DNA from: Melioribacter sp.
Lineage (GTDB): Bacteria; Bacteroidota; Ignavibacteria; Ignavibacteriales; Melioribacteraceae
Reading direction: 5' to 3'
NCBI GenBank assembly: GCA_016841125.1
Contig: JAENZU010000001.1
Coordinates: 1-30,739 of the forward strand
DNA: 30,739 nucleotides
Under the pieces are notes generated by a model. It was not told where the DNA came from and searched no databases. It saw only the letters and a list, made by a program, of their open reading frames with translations. A program made the position numbers and the translations under genes. Every line of letters begins with the position of its first letter. The first letter of the stretch is position 1. Positions 1 through 9,669 of this stretch are shown here, piece after piece.

Positions 1-1
1 T

Positions 2-169
2 AAAAATAATCTAAATGTTATTGTTACGAATACGATGAAAGGATTGCACAGAATTTATAATATTGAGGAATTTAAACAGTATTCTTTAAAGAGAGCAAGC
101 CGGCTACTGAATAGACTAAATAAATATTTTGAAATTTCTAAAGAAGCCAAATACTTCAAGTATAACTGA
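2..169 (+). CDS. 3' end of a gene entering from the left edge (hypothetical protein, partial)
   Basis: Frame 2 is open from base 2 to TGA at 167-169 (KNNLNVIVTNTMKGLHRIYNIEEFKQYSLKRASRLLNRLNKYFEISKEAKYFKYN). It stops 4 nt from the convergent ATP-grasp stop. No family recognised. Confidence 0.45.
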   Translation, partial: KNNLNVIVTNTMKGLHRIYNIEEFKQYSLKRASRLLNRLNKYFEISKEAKYFKYN

Positions 170-173
170 CGAT

Positions 174-1388
174 TTAGTCGGTCGGTCTATCAGGCATTGG
201 CTGAGTAGCGAAATAATCTTTATAAAATCTGTTAATATATTTATCGGTTAATTCTTGCACCCTTTCGTGGGAACCCGATCTTACAATAAGTCCAGCATGA
301 AATTTCTTTTTTAATTTCCAGCAAATTTCTTCATCATTATATGTTGAAAGATCGGGCCATTTTTCTTTAGCAAGGGATAAAATCAATCCGGCATAATCGT
401 TTCTGAAATTCGGCAGTTTGTATTCTTCTCCTTTGTTGAGAGTCTCAAGTTTTGCCCACTCTTCCCACAAGTTCAATCCAGCAGCTTCTTTAACTAATTC
501 GGAAATATTGGCGCCTCCAACACGAGCTGATGTTTCGAGAAAATAAAACTTTCCGTCTTCGTGAGCTTTAATAAACTCTGTATGTGAAATTCCTTTTACT
601 AGACCCATAGCTTTCAGCACTTTGGAATTCATAGCTTTCAAAGATTTGTCTTCCTTATTTCCTCTTGGAATTGTAATAGTGGAAAACACTCTTCCCTCAT
701 GAGCAACTTCCATTGGGGGTTTGCCGTATTTGCTTACCAAAGCAAATATTATTTCTTTCTCAAATACAATTGAATCAACGTGATAAATATCTCCGGGTAC
801 GAATTTTTCCATCAGGTAATATGAGCGCTGATCACCAAATCCGTCAACTATTTTCCAAAGCTCTTCAGAGGTATGAATTTTCTTTACACCGATAGCGCCG
901 GCGTGCAGACGCGGTTTGATAATGTAGGGCGCCTTAAGATTCTGCATAAATTGGTTTATATCATCATTATTTAGAATATGAACAAAATCGGGAACAAGAA
1001 TTTCTTCCTCTTTTGCTCTCAATCTCATTGCCAACTTGTCTCTAAAATATCTTGCGGTTGTCTCACCCATTCCCGGAATTCTTAAATGCTCTCTTAAAGT
1101 GGCAGCCTTTTCAACATCGTAATCATCCATTGCAACTATTCTGTCCAGCTTCCGTTCACGTGCAAGATAACTTACTGCATTGATCAACTCGGTCATATTC
1201 CATTCTTTGTTGTGATCAGGAAAGTAAAATATATCATCCAAACTTTCATGAGCCCAGGGGGCATTTTCCAAACTCTTTGAAGTAAGAAGAAAAACACGGC
1301 AGCCCTGCTTTTTACATTCCCTAATAAAATCATTCCCTTTTTCGTAACTTGCAATAACTAAAATTGTTAGTGGTCTTTCAAACGACAT
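174..1388 (-). CDS. ATP-grasp domain protein (amide/peptide ligase-like, substrate unknown)
   Basis: 404 aa; RDKLAMR, IIKPR..AG, LMEKFV, HTEFI and FLETSARVGG are typical ATP-grasp motifs. Confidence 0.85.
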   Translation of the reverse strand: MSFERPLTILVIASYEKGNDFIRECKKQGCRVFLLTSKSLENAPWAHESLDDIFYFPDHNKEWNMTELINAVSYLARERKLDRIVAMDDYDVEKAATLREHLRIPGMGETTARYFRDKLAMRLRAKEEEILVPDFVHILNNDDINQFMQNLKAPYIIKPRLHAGAIGVKKIHTSEELWKIVDGFGDQRSYYLMEKFVPGDIYHVDSIVFEKEIIFALVSKYGKPPMEVAHEGRVFSTITIPRGNKEDKSLKAMNSKVLKAMGLVKGISHTEFIKAHEDGKFYFLETSARVGGANISELVKEAAGLNLWEEWAKLETLNKGEEYKLPNFRNDYAGLILSLAKEKWPDLSTYNDEEICWKLKKKFHAGLIVRSGSHERVQELTDKYINRFYKDYFATQPMPDRPTD

Positions 1389-1601
1389 TAAAGCCTCCGG
1401 TTCAGAAGTGATTAATTTTAATCATTCTTTATGTGATAATTTTTAACCTTAAATTTTTCCGCAAAATATAAATTAGCTTTGTATTTTGTAATACTAATTT
1501 TTTAATATATAATTTTTTTCTTAAAACACTAAAACTAATTTAACTCTGCAGTTCCCTAATAATAAAGAGATATTCAAGAGTTAAAATCTGAAGAGAAGAG
1601 A

Positions 1602-2975
1602 ATGGAAAAAAAATCAGCAGCAATTCAATACAATAGGTTAATCTCCAAAGAAAGAGTTGAAAACTATTCAAGAATTTTTGACGAAAAAATAGACAAGCTT
1701 CATTTGCCCCCAGTATTTAAAAGGAAATGGTTCAGCGCAAGTTTATTATTAATTGTACTGCTGTTGATATATTTCAGTTTACGCGAAATTGAAGGTACTG
1801 TTGAGGGAATTCCAACTTTCAAAGTATCTACCGGTGACTTTATAGTTTCGGTAACCGAGAGTGGCGAGATAAGGGCTAAGAATAGCGTATCAATTTCAGC
1901 CCCTAGAATAAGAGGCAATTTAAAGATCATCTACCTGATTCCGGAAGGGACGTATGTAAAACCCGGTGATGTGGTTGCCCGTTTCGATCCGACCGAAGCT
2001 CAGACAAAATTAAAAGAAGCCGAAGCAGAGCAGGAAATTTCTTTATCGAAAAAAGAAAAACTTCTTGCTAATCATAAATCGGCAATGGCACAAATGGAAA
2101 CGCAGCTTAAGTCTGCCGAACTCAGTTTTGAGTTATCCAAATTAAATTTAGAACAAATGCGTTTTGAGGCAGAAGCTAAACAGCAGGAAGCGCTGCTGCA
2201 GCATAAAAAAAATGAATTAAGTTTTGAACAGACAAAGCAGGAATACGAATCGAAAAAAATTATTCAGCAGTCGGAATTAAACGAAATGGAAATTGAAATA
2301 AAACAGAAGCAGAATGAATTAGACCGCGCAAAACGGGATATGGAATTAATGGCGCTCTCAACTTCGGCAGAGGGACTTGTGGTCTATTCCGAAAACTGGA
2401 GTAACGACGGTAGAAAATTTGGAGTCGGCGATCAGCCGTGGCCCGGTGCCACAATAATGAATCTGCCCGACCTCTCGGCTATGGAAAGTGTTACTAATGT
2501 TAATGAGGTAGATGTAAGTAAAATCAAAAAAGGTCAAAGTGTTGTTGTAAAATTGGATGCGTTTCAGGACAGTTCATTCGGCGGGACAATCACTTCGGTT
2601 GCTTCGCTCGGAAGAAAGAAGGATAATAATTCCAATATTAAAGTGTTTGAAATTTTAGTTGAAGTTGTTGGTAAATCCGATATTCTGCGGCCCGGTATGA
2701 CTACAAGCAATAAAATAATTATCGATGAAATTCCCGGTGTAATATCTGTTCCGCTCGAAGCGGTATTTGAAAAAAATAATCAAACATTTACATATGTAAT
2801 GAATGGTTCATCATTTGATGAAAGGGAAGTTGAGTTAGGTACCAGGGGTGAGGATTTTGTTGTTATTACAAACGGATTGGAAGATAGTGATATAATAGCT
2901 CTGAGAGATCCGACAAATGAAAACGATAGAAAGAAAAATGTATCCAAAGAAAATATTAATCTTCCGAATTCCTGA
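1602..2975 (+). CDS. Efflux periplasmic adaptor / membrane fusion protein (MacA/HlyD-like)
   Basis: N-terminal TM anchor, lipoyl-like VKPGDVVARFD, long coiled-coil hairpin, LRPGMT, C-terminal VPLEAV...VELG...GL. Confidence 0.9.
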   Translation: MEKKSAAIQYNRLISKERVENYSRIFDEKIDKLHLPPVFKRKWFSASLLLIVLLLIYFSLREIEGTVEGIPTFKVSTGDFIVSVTESGEIRAKNSVSISAPRIRGNLKIIYLIPEGTYVKPGDVVARFDPTEAQTKLKEAEAEQEISLSKKEKLLANHKSAMAQMETQLKSAELSFELSKLNLEQMRFEAEAKQQEALLQHKKNELSFEQTKQEYESKKIIQQSELNEMEIEIKQKQNELDRAKRDMELMALSTSAEGLVVYSENWSNDGRKFGVGDQPWPGATIMNLPDLSAMESVTNVNEVDVSKIKKGQSVVVKLDAFQDSSFGGTITSVASLGRKKDNNSNIKVFEILVEVVGKSDILRPGMTTSNKIIIDEIPGVISVPLEAVFEKNNQTFTYVMNGSSFDEREVELGTRGEDFVVITNGLEDSDIIALRDPTNENDRKKNVSKENINLPNS

Positions 2976-2981
2976 TAAGCT

Positions 2982-4286
2982 ATGAAAAAGTTAGATAACT
3001 TCAAAATTGGAATTGCAGCTTTAACTTCGAATAAACTGAGAACATTTCTTACAATGCTTGGAATAATATTCGGCGTGGGTGCTGTAATTGCAATGCTCTC
3101 TATTGGTGAAGGCGCGCGTCAGGAAACTTTGGAACAAATTAGTCTGCTTGGAACGAATAACATAATTGTTAAATCAGTTCAGATTTCCGAAGATGCCGCA
3201 AAATCTGAAACATCCTTTTCACCCGGACTAAATATTAAAGATGCCGCATCAATAAAAGAGATAAATCCTTTTGTTGAATATGTAACACCCGAGCGGGAAT
3301 TAATGGCAAATGTTTCTTATAAGTCACATATAATTGATGCCAAAATTGTCGGCACTACGGTTGAGTATCCCAACACATTTAATTCAAATGTAACCGAAGG
3401 AAGTTTTTTTACTAAGGATCATTATCAAAAATATTCGAATGTATGTGTGCTCGGCTCCGGCATAAAAGAAAAATTGTTTAAATATGAAGACCCGACATAT
3501 CGGCAGATCAAAATTAATGATCAGTGGTTTAGGGTTATTGGTGTAGTTGCATCAAAAAATGTAAACTCTTCTGCTGTGGATAATCTTGGCGTAAGCGATT
3601 TCAACAACGAAATTTATATTCCGTTTTCTACAGCGGTAAGCAAGTTTGAGGCTGGCTCCAATGATAACAACACGCTGTCATTCGGCGGAATGGTAATAGT
3701 CTTCGGCGGTTCGCAGGCTGCAAATATTGTTGATAAATCTTCAGTCAATCAATTAACCATTAAAGTAAAGGATGATTCACAGATTAGAGAGGCCGCAAAT
3801 TTAATTGAACGGATAATGAAGCGGCGGCACTACGGTATAAAGGATTACGAGATTGTGATTCCGGAGCAACTGTTGGAACAGAAGCAGAAAACGCAAGTAA
3901 TATTCAATGTGGTAATGGGCGCAATTGCGGGTATCTCATTGCTGGTAGGCGGAATTGGGATAATGAATATAATGCTTGCAAATATTTTGGAGAGGACACG
4001 CGAAATCGGGATACGCCGCGCTGTCGGGGCTTCCCAATCAGATGTGCTGAATCAATTTATGTATGAAGCCGTAACCATCAGTATTCTGGGGGGTATAATC
4101 GGGGTTGTTGTTGGGTTTATTCTAACATCACTAATTACAGGCTATGCCGAGTGGCGTACAATCATCACTCCATTTTCGGTAATACTAGCTTTTTTTGTTT
4201 CGGTTTTGGTTGGAATAGTTTTCGGAATTTACCCGGCTAAAAAAGCAGCCTCAAAAGATCCTATTGAAGCTTTGCGTTATGAATAG
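2982..4286 (+). CDS. MacB/FtsX-like ABC transporter permease (no nucleotide-binding domain)
   Basis: NKLRTFLTMLGIIFGVGAVIAM, large periplasmic domain, GGIGIMNIMLANILERTREIGIRRAVGA, C-terminal PAKKAASKDPIEALRYE. No Walker motifs. Confidence 0.92.
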   Translation: MKKLDNFKIGIAALTSNKLRTFLTMLGIIFGVGAVIAMLSIGEGARQETLEQISLLGTNNIIVKSVQISEDAAKSETSFSPGLNIKDAASIKEINPFVEYVTPERELMANVSYKSHIIDAKIVGTTVEYPNTFNSNVTEGSFFTKDHYQKYSNVCVLGSGIKEKLFKYEDPTYRQIKINDQWFRVIGVVASKNVNSSAVDNLGVSDFNNEIYIPFSTAVSKFEAGSNDNNTLSFGGMVIVFGGSQAANIVDKSSVNQLTIKVKDDSQIREAANLIERIMKRRHYGIKDYEIVIPEQLLEQKQKTQVIFNVVMGAIAGISLLVGGIGIMNIMLANILERTREIGIRRAVGASQSDVLNQFMYEAVTISILGGIIGVVVGFILTSLITGYAEWRTIITPFSVILAFFVSVLVGIVFGIYPAKKAASKDPIEALRYE

Positions 4287-4341
4287 TTATTGTCTTGCCA
4301 ATAAAAAATCAACGTTAGGAATGATAGAAGGAAAAATATTA

Positions 4342-5772
4342 ATGCGTTATGCATTGCTTGCTTTATTGCTTTTTGTATGTACTTCAAATATTAAAGCACA
4401 AAACGTGTTGTCTTTAGAAGAATCTATTTCACTTGCGCTGCGCCAAAGTTACAGTATTCAGGAAGCCGAATATAGTTTAACAAGTTCGCGCAAAAATCTT
4501 GAAGCAGCAAAATTAGGATTGATGTCTTCAGTCCGGTTTGAATTTGATGTTCCGAGGTACTCACTCCAATTGTCGAGTCAATTCAACCCTTCAACAGGAA
4601 GTGAAGAATTCTTTAAAACCGGCAATACTACTGTTGAAGGTAGGTTGTTAATAAGTCAGCCTTTGTTATTCAGTAACGGAACTATTTCATTGATTGGTTC
4701 GCTATTCGGAAGAGACCAGTACAGCGATTTTGCCGGAACAAACCGGGACTACTTTTCGAATCTCAGCATTCGTTTAAACCAGCCCTTATTCGTTTTCAAC
4801 TCACAAAAGGCAAGTCTCGAAAAAGCTGAAATAAATTTAGATCGTGCAGAACGGAATTACTCCAAAGCAGAAAGAGGTATAATCTATAATGTAACCGCTT
4901 CATTTTTAAGATTATATCAATCGAAAAAACGGATGGAAATAACGCGGGAAAGAGTTAAGCAAAACGAGGAGTCTTTTGAAACCGCTTCAAATAAATTTAA
5001 AGCAGGATTAATTGCCGAAGTTGAAGCTATGCAGTTAGAAGTTGATTTAGCTTCCAGTCGTAATGAATTGCTTGATGCCGAAAGAAATTTTGAAAAATTG
5101 AAAAATGAATTTAAACTTTTAATAGGAATTGACCTTGGTGAAAATATTGATGTAACAGCAGAACTGAAGTTCAATCCTATTGATGTAAATTTAGAAGAAG
5201 CTATTAATACTGCTATTGCTAATCAGCCCGATTTGCAGAATGCGAAAGATGAAATACGGCTCAGTGAAATTTCGGTTGAAGAAGTTGACGCACAAAGCAC
5301 TTTCAGAGCGGACCTTTCGGCAAATTACGGCATCAATAAAAACGATGATAGATTTAAAGATGTGTTCAGCAATTTTCTTGATAACCGCAGTGTTGTTATG
5401 ACTTTATCTATTCCTGTGTGGGATTGGGGTAAAAACAGGACAGAGGTTCAGGCTGCCGAAGCCGGTTATAAAAGCTCAAAATTGAATTTCAGAAATTTAA
5501 AAGAATCGATCCGCAACGAAATTATTTCTTCGGTTAACCGTATAAACACTGCAATATCCAGGGTTGATGTTTTAAGTAAATCAGTTGAAGTCGCAGAAAA
5601 AAGTTATAATATCAGTCTCGAAAGATTCAAATCCGGTACGATCACCAGCTTTGATCTTTCCCAAATTCAGTTAAGATTGGTAGAAGCCAAACAGAGCAGC
5701 CTAAATGCTCTAATTGACTATGAACTTGCAATTGCAGAACTTGAGCGTAAAACGATGAGAGATTATCATTAA
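4342..5772 (+). CDS. TolC-family outer membrane efflux protein
   Basis: Signal peptide MRYALLALLLFVCTSNIKAQ, two OEP-like repeats, LSIPVWDWG, RFKSG. Start moved from track TTG 4264 to ATG 4342, which has AAGGA upstream. Confidence 0.9.
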   Translation: MRYALLALLLFVCTSNIKAQNVLSLEESISLALRQSYSIQEAEYSLTSSRKNLEAAKLGLMSSVRFEFDVPRYSLQLSSQFNPSTGSEEFFKTGNTTVEGRLLISQPLLFSNGTISLIGSLFGRDQYSDFAGTNRDYFSNLSIRLNQPLFVFNSQKASLEKAEINLDRAERNYSKAERGIIYNVTASFLRLYQSKKRMEITRERVKQNEESFETASNKFKAGLIAEVEAMQLEVDLASSRNELLDAERNFEKLKNEFKLLIGIDLGENIDVTAELKFNPIDVNLEEAINTAIANQPDLQNAKDEIRLSEISVEEVDAQSTFRADLSANYGINKNDDRFKDVFSNFLDNRSVVMTLSIPVWDWGKNRTEVQAAEAGYKSSKLNFRNLKESIRNEIISSVNRINTAISRVDVLSKSVEVAEKSYNISLERFKSGTITSFDLSQIQLRLVEAKQSSLNALIDYELAIAELERKTMRDYH

Positions 5773-5804
5773 ATTATTATTTAAATAATTGAGCAAACTA
5801 ATAA

Positions 5805-6509
5805 ATGAAAAATACATTTTTACCCGGCAGTAATAATCAATTAAAATTTCTCTTGGATAATATTGATGTTACAGGGAATAAAATATTAGTGGTTGGTTCT
5901 GCATCCGAAAATATTGCCGTTGAGCTTGCTGAAAAATCCGGGGTGCCCGTTACCATTATTGTTGAAGACCTTAATTCTTTCATGAATTCAAATATGATAC
6001 TCGAAGAGGCAGCTAATGTTGAAGTGAAGATGATGGATTTTGACGCCACGGATTTTGGAGCAAATACTTTCGATCTGATTTATGCGCAGGCTTCTGTTTC
6101 TTTAGATAAGCGAAATAAAATAATTAAAGAATTTAAGAGAATACTTAATCCGGGCGGCGTTTTCTGCACCGGCGAGATTGTTACTGTTGGGAAAAACATT
6201 CCGGCGTTTGTAAACGATATTATGATTAGCTCGGCAATGGAACCATTAAATAGTGATGAATTTCAAAATTACTATGAACAGCGGGGTTTTGAAATTTTAA
6301 ACTTGGAAGATTTGACTTCTACTTTGGGTGTATTTTATTCCGGCAGCCTGGTTAAGCTTAGTGATGCAATCAAAGATTTTTCTGAAAGAGAAAGTTCATA
6401 CTATAAAAAACTGGTCAATAAAATCAAGCATGAATCGGAAGCATATTTGAAACACGGTGCCGATAAGTATATTGGCTTTAAAGTAATTTTAATGAGAAAG
6501 GATAAATGA
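5805..6509 (+). CDS. Class I SAM-dependent methyltransferase-fold protein with degenerate motif I
   Basis: FGANTFDLIYAQ and EFKRILNPGGVF match Methyltransf_11-type motifs. Motif I reads ILVVGSASE instead of VLD(V/I)GCGxG. Stop overlaps the rlmD start (ATGA). Confidence 0.7.
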   Translation: MKNTFLPGSNNQLKFLLDNIDVTGNKILVVGSASENIAVELAEKSGVPVTIIVEDLNSFMNSNMILEEAANVEVKMMDFDATDFGANTFDLIYAQASVSLDKRNKIIKEFKRILNPGGVFCTGEIVTVGKNIPAFVNDIMISSAMEPLNSDEFQNYYEQRGFEILNLEDLTSTLGVFYSGSLVKLSDAIKDFSERESSYYKKLVNKIKHESEAYLKHGADKYIGFKVILMRKDK

Positions 6510-7936
6510 TGAAAAGAGGAGATGTAACAGTACTTGATATTGAAGGTTATGCTTATGAAGGCAAGGGAATTGCCAAGATTGACAGCGGTAATGGTGACGG
6601 TAAAAAGTTTGTGATATTTGTTAACGGAGCCTACCCGGGCGACAAAGTAGAAGTTTTGATTAGGAAAGCAAAAAGAAATTTTGCCGAAGCAATTGTTCAG
6701 AGGATAATTAAGCCTTCCGAACTAAGGATAGAACCCAAGTGCAAATATTTCGGTGTCTGCGGAGGATGTAAACAGCAGAACATGAATTACCAAGCCCAAT
6801 TAAAATTTAAGCAGATGCAGGTAAGTGAAATTTTTGATAAGATGGGTGGGTTTACAGATTTTGAATTTGAAGATATAGTTCCTTCTGAAAATATTTTTCA
6901 TTACCGGAATAAAATGGAATTTTCCTTCTCCGATAAAAGATGGATCACTCCTGCAGAGATTAAAAACTCAGATGAGATAACCGACAGAAATTTTGCACTC
7001 GGTCTACACGTGCCGCGTGTTTATGATAAAGTATTAGATATTGACGAATGTTTTCTGCATTCCGAAACCGGCAACCGGATAATTAATTTTACAAGGGAAT
7101 TTTTTAAACAGCGGAATACGTCAGTATATACCACGCATACACATGAGGGTTTTCTGAGAAATCTTGTGATTAAAAATTCTTATAAAACAAACGATCTGAT
7201 GGTTAACCTCGTAACTTCAGAAGAAGATGAAAAATTAGTTGGGCAGTACAGTGAAGAAATTGTGAAAGAAATTCCCGAAATATCTACTGTTGTAAATAAT
7301 GTGAATTTAAAAAAAGCACAAGTTGCAGTTGGGGATTATGAAAAAGTATTTTTCGGGAAAGGCTTTATTCATGATATGATTGGAGACTTCAAATTTAGAA
7401 TCAGTCCGAACTCTTTCTTTCAAACCAACACGCTGCAGGCGCAAAAATTATACGATACAATTTTGGATTTTGCACAGTTCACGGGAGATGAAGTAGTTTA
7501 TGATCTTTACAGCGGTGCAGGAACAATTTCAATTTATTTATCACCGAAGGTTAAAAAGGTTTATGCATTCGAAAGTGTTGATGATGCGGTAAAAGATGCT
7601 AAAGCTAATTCTGTGTTTAATGAAATTGATAATATTTCGTTTCATACAGCAGATTTGAATAGATCATTTCTCCCAATCCAGCAGCACAAAAAACTTGATC
7701 TGCCCGATGTCATTGTTGCCGATCCGCCGAGAAATGGAATGAATCCTAAAACTATTAAAGACATCATTACTCTCTCACCTAAAAAAATTGTTTATGTGAG
7801 CTGCAACCCCACAACTCAAGTTAGGGATATTAAATTGCTGACCGAAGCCGGCTATAAATTAATTAAGATAAGACCTGTTGATATGTTTCCGCACACATAT
7901 CATATTGAAAATGTAGCTTTATTGACTAAAGATTAG
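6506..7936 (+). CDS. rlmD: 23S rRNA (uracil-C5)-methyltransferase RlmD
   Basis: TRAM domain, Fe-S motif CKYFGVCGGCKQQ, YRNKMEF, SFFQTN, DLYSGAG, DPPRNG, catalytic YVSCNP, DMFPHTYHIE. Confidence 0.93.
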   Translation: MMKRGDVTVLDIEGYAYEGKGIAKIDSGNGDGKKFVIFVNGAYPGDKVEVLIRKAKRNFAEAIVQRIIKPSELRIEPKCKYFGVCGGCKQQNMNYQAQLKFKQMQVSEIFDKMGGFTDFEFEDIVPSENIFHYRNKMEFSFSDKRWITPAEIKNSDEITDRNFALGLHVPRVYDKVLDIDECFLHSETGNRIINFTREFFKQRNTSVYTTHTHEGFLRNLVIKNSYKTNDLMVNLVTSEEDEKLVGQYSEEIVKEIPEISTVVNNVNLKKAQVAVGDYEKVFFGKGFIHDMIGDFKFRISPNSFFQTNTLQAQKLYDTILDFAQFTGDEVVYDLYSGAGTISIYLSPKVKKVYAFESVDDAVKDAKANSVFNEIDNISFHTADLNRSFLPIQQHKKLDLPDVIVADPPRNGMNPKTIKDIITLSPKKIVYVSCNPTTQVRDIKLLTEAGYKLIKIRPVDMFPHTYHIENVALLTKD

Positions 7937-7944
7937 AAGCAACA

Positions 7945-8392
7945 CTATTCCCCAAATTGGCTAAGATGATAATCGGTATGCTGGTAAACTAATCTGCCCC
8001 ATTGATGTTTTGTCATCCTGCCGAAAGCCGGATGTTTATAAGTTGGATTTTGATTTATAGATGTGTCAAAGTTTTCAATTAATGAAATCAATCTTTGTTT
8101 ATCTTCCTCAAATATATTGGGTTTAGTTCCGCCTTTCCCCTGTTTCAATTCTTTTACAGTCTCTATTTTCCCTTTTGGAATCGGCATACCGAATAAAACC
8201 AAATGTTTTAAAATAGTTTCCTGCATCTTGCTGCCGATAAATTTTGTTTCAATTTGCCCCAAAGACATTCTAATCTGATCGTAGCAATGACATATAATTC
8301 ATTTTGCCCCACAGTCCTTTTGAATCAGGAGAAAGTGAATTGATCCGTTCGATCAACTTATCTCGATCTATTTTGTTCAATACATTTTTCAT
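7945..8392 (-). pseudogene. DUF1569/DinB-like protein, frameshifted near codon 32-33
   Basis: ATG 8392 frame gives MKNVLNKIDRDKLIERINSLSPDSKGLWGKMN and stops at 8272-8270. The adjacent frame carries ICHCYDQIRMSLG... to HPAFG..W....HTDYHLSQFG. Both halves fit the family. Confidence 0.75.
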
Positions 8393-8495
8393 GTTTTAGC
8401 CATTTGTCGGTTTAATAGATGATTGATTTGGTATATGTTCAAATTAAAAATTTTCAGTAAAACTAATTAAGAATACGTTTGTAGAAATATTTCTT

Positions 8496-9272
8496 CTAAT
8501 TTAATTTTGAGTTCATAATATTCGTAAACCGTGTATTGCTTATGGGGTGATAAGAGATTACTTCACCTTTATATATTATGCAGAAAGTTCCGAATGCACA
8601 CGGAGTATTCTGCGCCTCTTTATGACTTTTCAGCTCAATGATCTTTGGCTCAATTCCAAAATATTTCTGCGCCGTCTCTTTTATTTCATTTACATTTTTA
8701 ACAGTATACGGGCATTGATCAGCTCTAATAATCGTTAAACCTTCTTTAAATTCATCTAATTTTTTTCCCCAATCACCTTTAAATTTTGGAAGCGCCGCAT
8801 TTCTCTTAAATTTTAATACCATTAATTCAAAATCGGGTTGGGTATTATCGCATTGCACAAAACCTTTATTCGAAAAAATTTTACTTCCTACCATGAAGGA
8901 ACTTTCCCGGGTTACCACTGCAACACCATCTTTCTTTTGACGCTTTGCATCTCTAATGCATTCGTCAATTAGCATTGAGGCGTAGCCTTTATCTTTAAAT
9001 TGTTTTTTGTAACCGACAAAAAGGCAATGAATAAAAGTATAATTTTTTGCATCAACCGGGCGCCAGCAAAATTCTCCAGGAATATATTCGATGAATCCCT
9101 GCATTCCCTTTTCCTGCGTGATTACAGCTTTTATTTTAAGTCCATTATTAAAATTATCGGTAATCCAGGAAACTCTTTCATTAAATCCTGGAGTTTTGGA
9201 ATTTTTATAACTGCAAATTCCATAATCCAAAATATTATTTTCGGTGATATCTATTATCTCAATTGGCGGCAT
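8496..9272 (-). CDS. YoaP-type GNAT N-acetyltransferase
   Basis: GFIEYIPGE, FIHCLFV, KGYASMLI acetyl-CoA motif, C-terminal QCPY...AQNTPCAFGTF YoaP-like domain. Confidence 0.8.
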   Translation of the reverse strand: MPPIEIIDITENNILDYGICSYKNSKTPGFNERVSWITDNFNNGLKIKAVITQEKGMQGFIEYIPGEFCWRPVDAKNYTFIHCLFVGYKKQFKDKGYASMLIDECIRDAKRQKKDGVAVVTRESSFMVGSKIFSNKGFVQCDNTQPDFELMVLKFKRNAALPKFKGDWGKKLDEFKEGLTIIRADQCPYTVKNVNEIKETAQKYFGIEPKIIELKSHKEAQNTPCAFGTFCIIYKGEVISYHPISNTRFTNIMNSKLN

Positions 9273-9456
9273 AAATAATCAGATTAGGTATATTCTGAAA
9301 TAAGTTTACTAATTTCATTTTATGATTTTAATTTAATAGAAATGATTTGTTTATTCTACCTTCCTTCTAAAATCATTTTCACATTAAAATTTGGAATTAA
9401 TTTAAGTGATGTCAGGTTATTTTCCACACAAAAAAGTGTAAATCTTTGATATTCTT

Positions 9457-9462
9457 TAAAAA
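9457..9462. repeat. Target site duplication, left copy (TAAAAA)
   Basis: Identical to 11088-11093. Alternative reading: 18-bp TIR (9462/11088) with a 4-bp AAAA duplication. Confidence 0.7.
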
Positions 9463-9479
9463 TCTCAAATCCGATATAG
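9463..9479. repeat. IS terminal inverted repeat (downstream of tnp)
   Basis: TCTCAAATCCGATATAG; the reverse complement of 11071-11087 is TCTCAAACCCGATATAG. Confidence 0.88.
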
Positions 9480-9669
9480 GTGACCAAAAGCGGTAGAAAA
9501 AGATAATAATAATAAGATTTAATTCTGGGGAGTATTTTTTTTACTACTGGGCAGTGATTAAATAATATTTTCGGTGAAGTTTTTATTTTTTTTGCTAAAG
9601 TAGATAGAGTACTTCAAGTAAGATAAAATTCTCAAAAAAATCAGTTTATTTTTTTTCGATTATTCTAAA

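Noticed and set aside
1607-1613. Poly-A run at the start of the adaptor gene as a phase-variation tract
   Set aside because: Runs of 7-8 A are common in this AT-rich sequence and the frame is intact.
5805-6509. Methyltransferase as the cognate partner of the 17100-17621 nuclease (restriction-modification)
   Set aside because: It is 10.6 kb away and lacks DNA-MTase motifs (DPPY/NPPY or PC).
9420-9428. DnaA-box match TTTTCCACA near rpmH, suggesting oriC
   Set aside because: Only one box seen, no cluster and no dnaA; expected by chance in AT-rich DNA.
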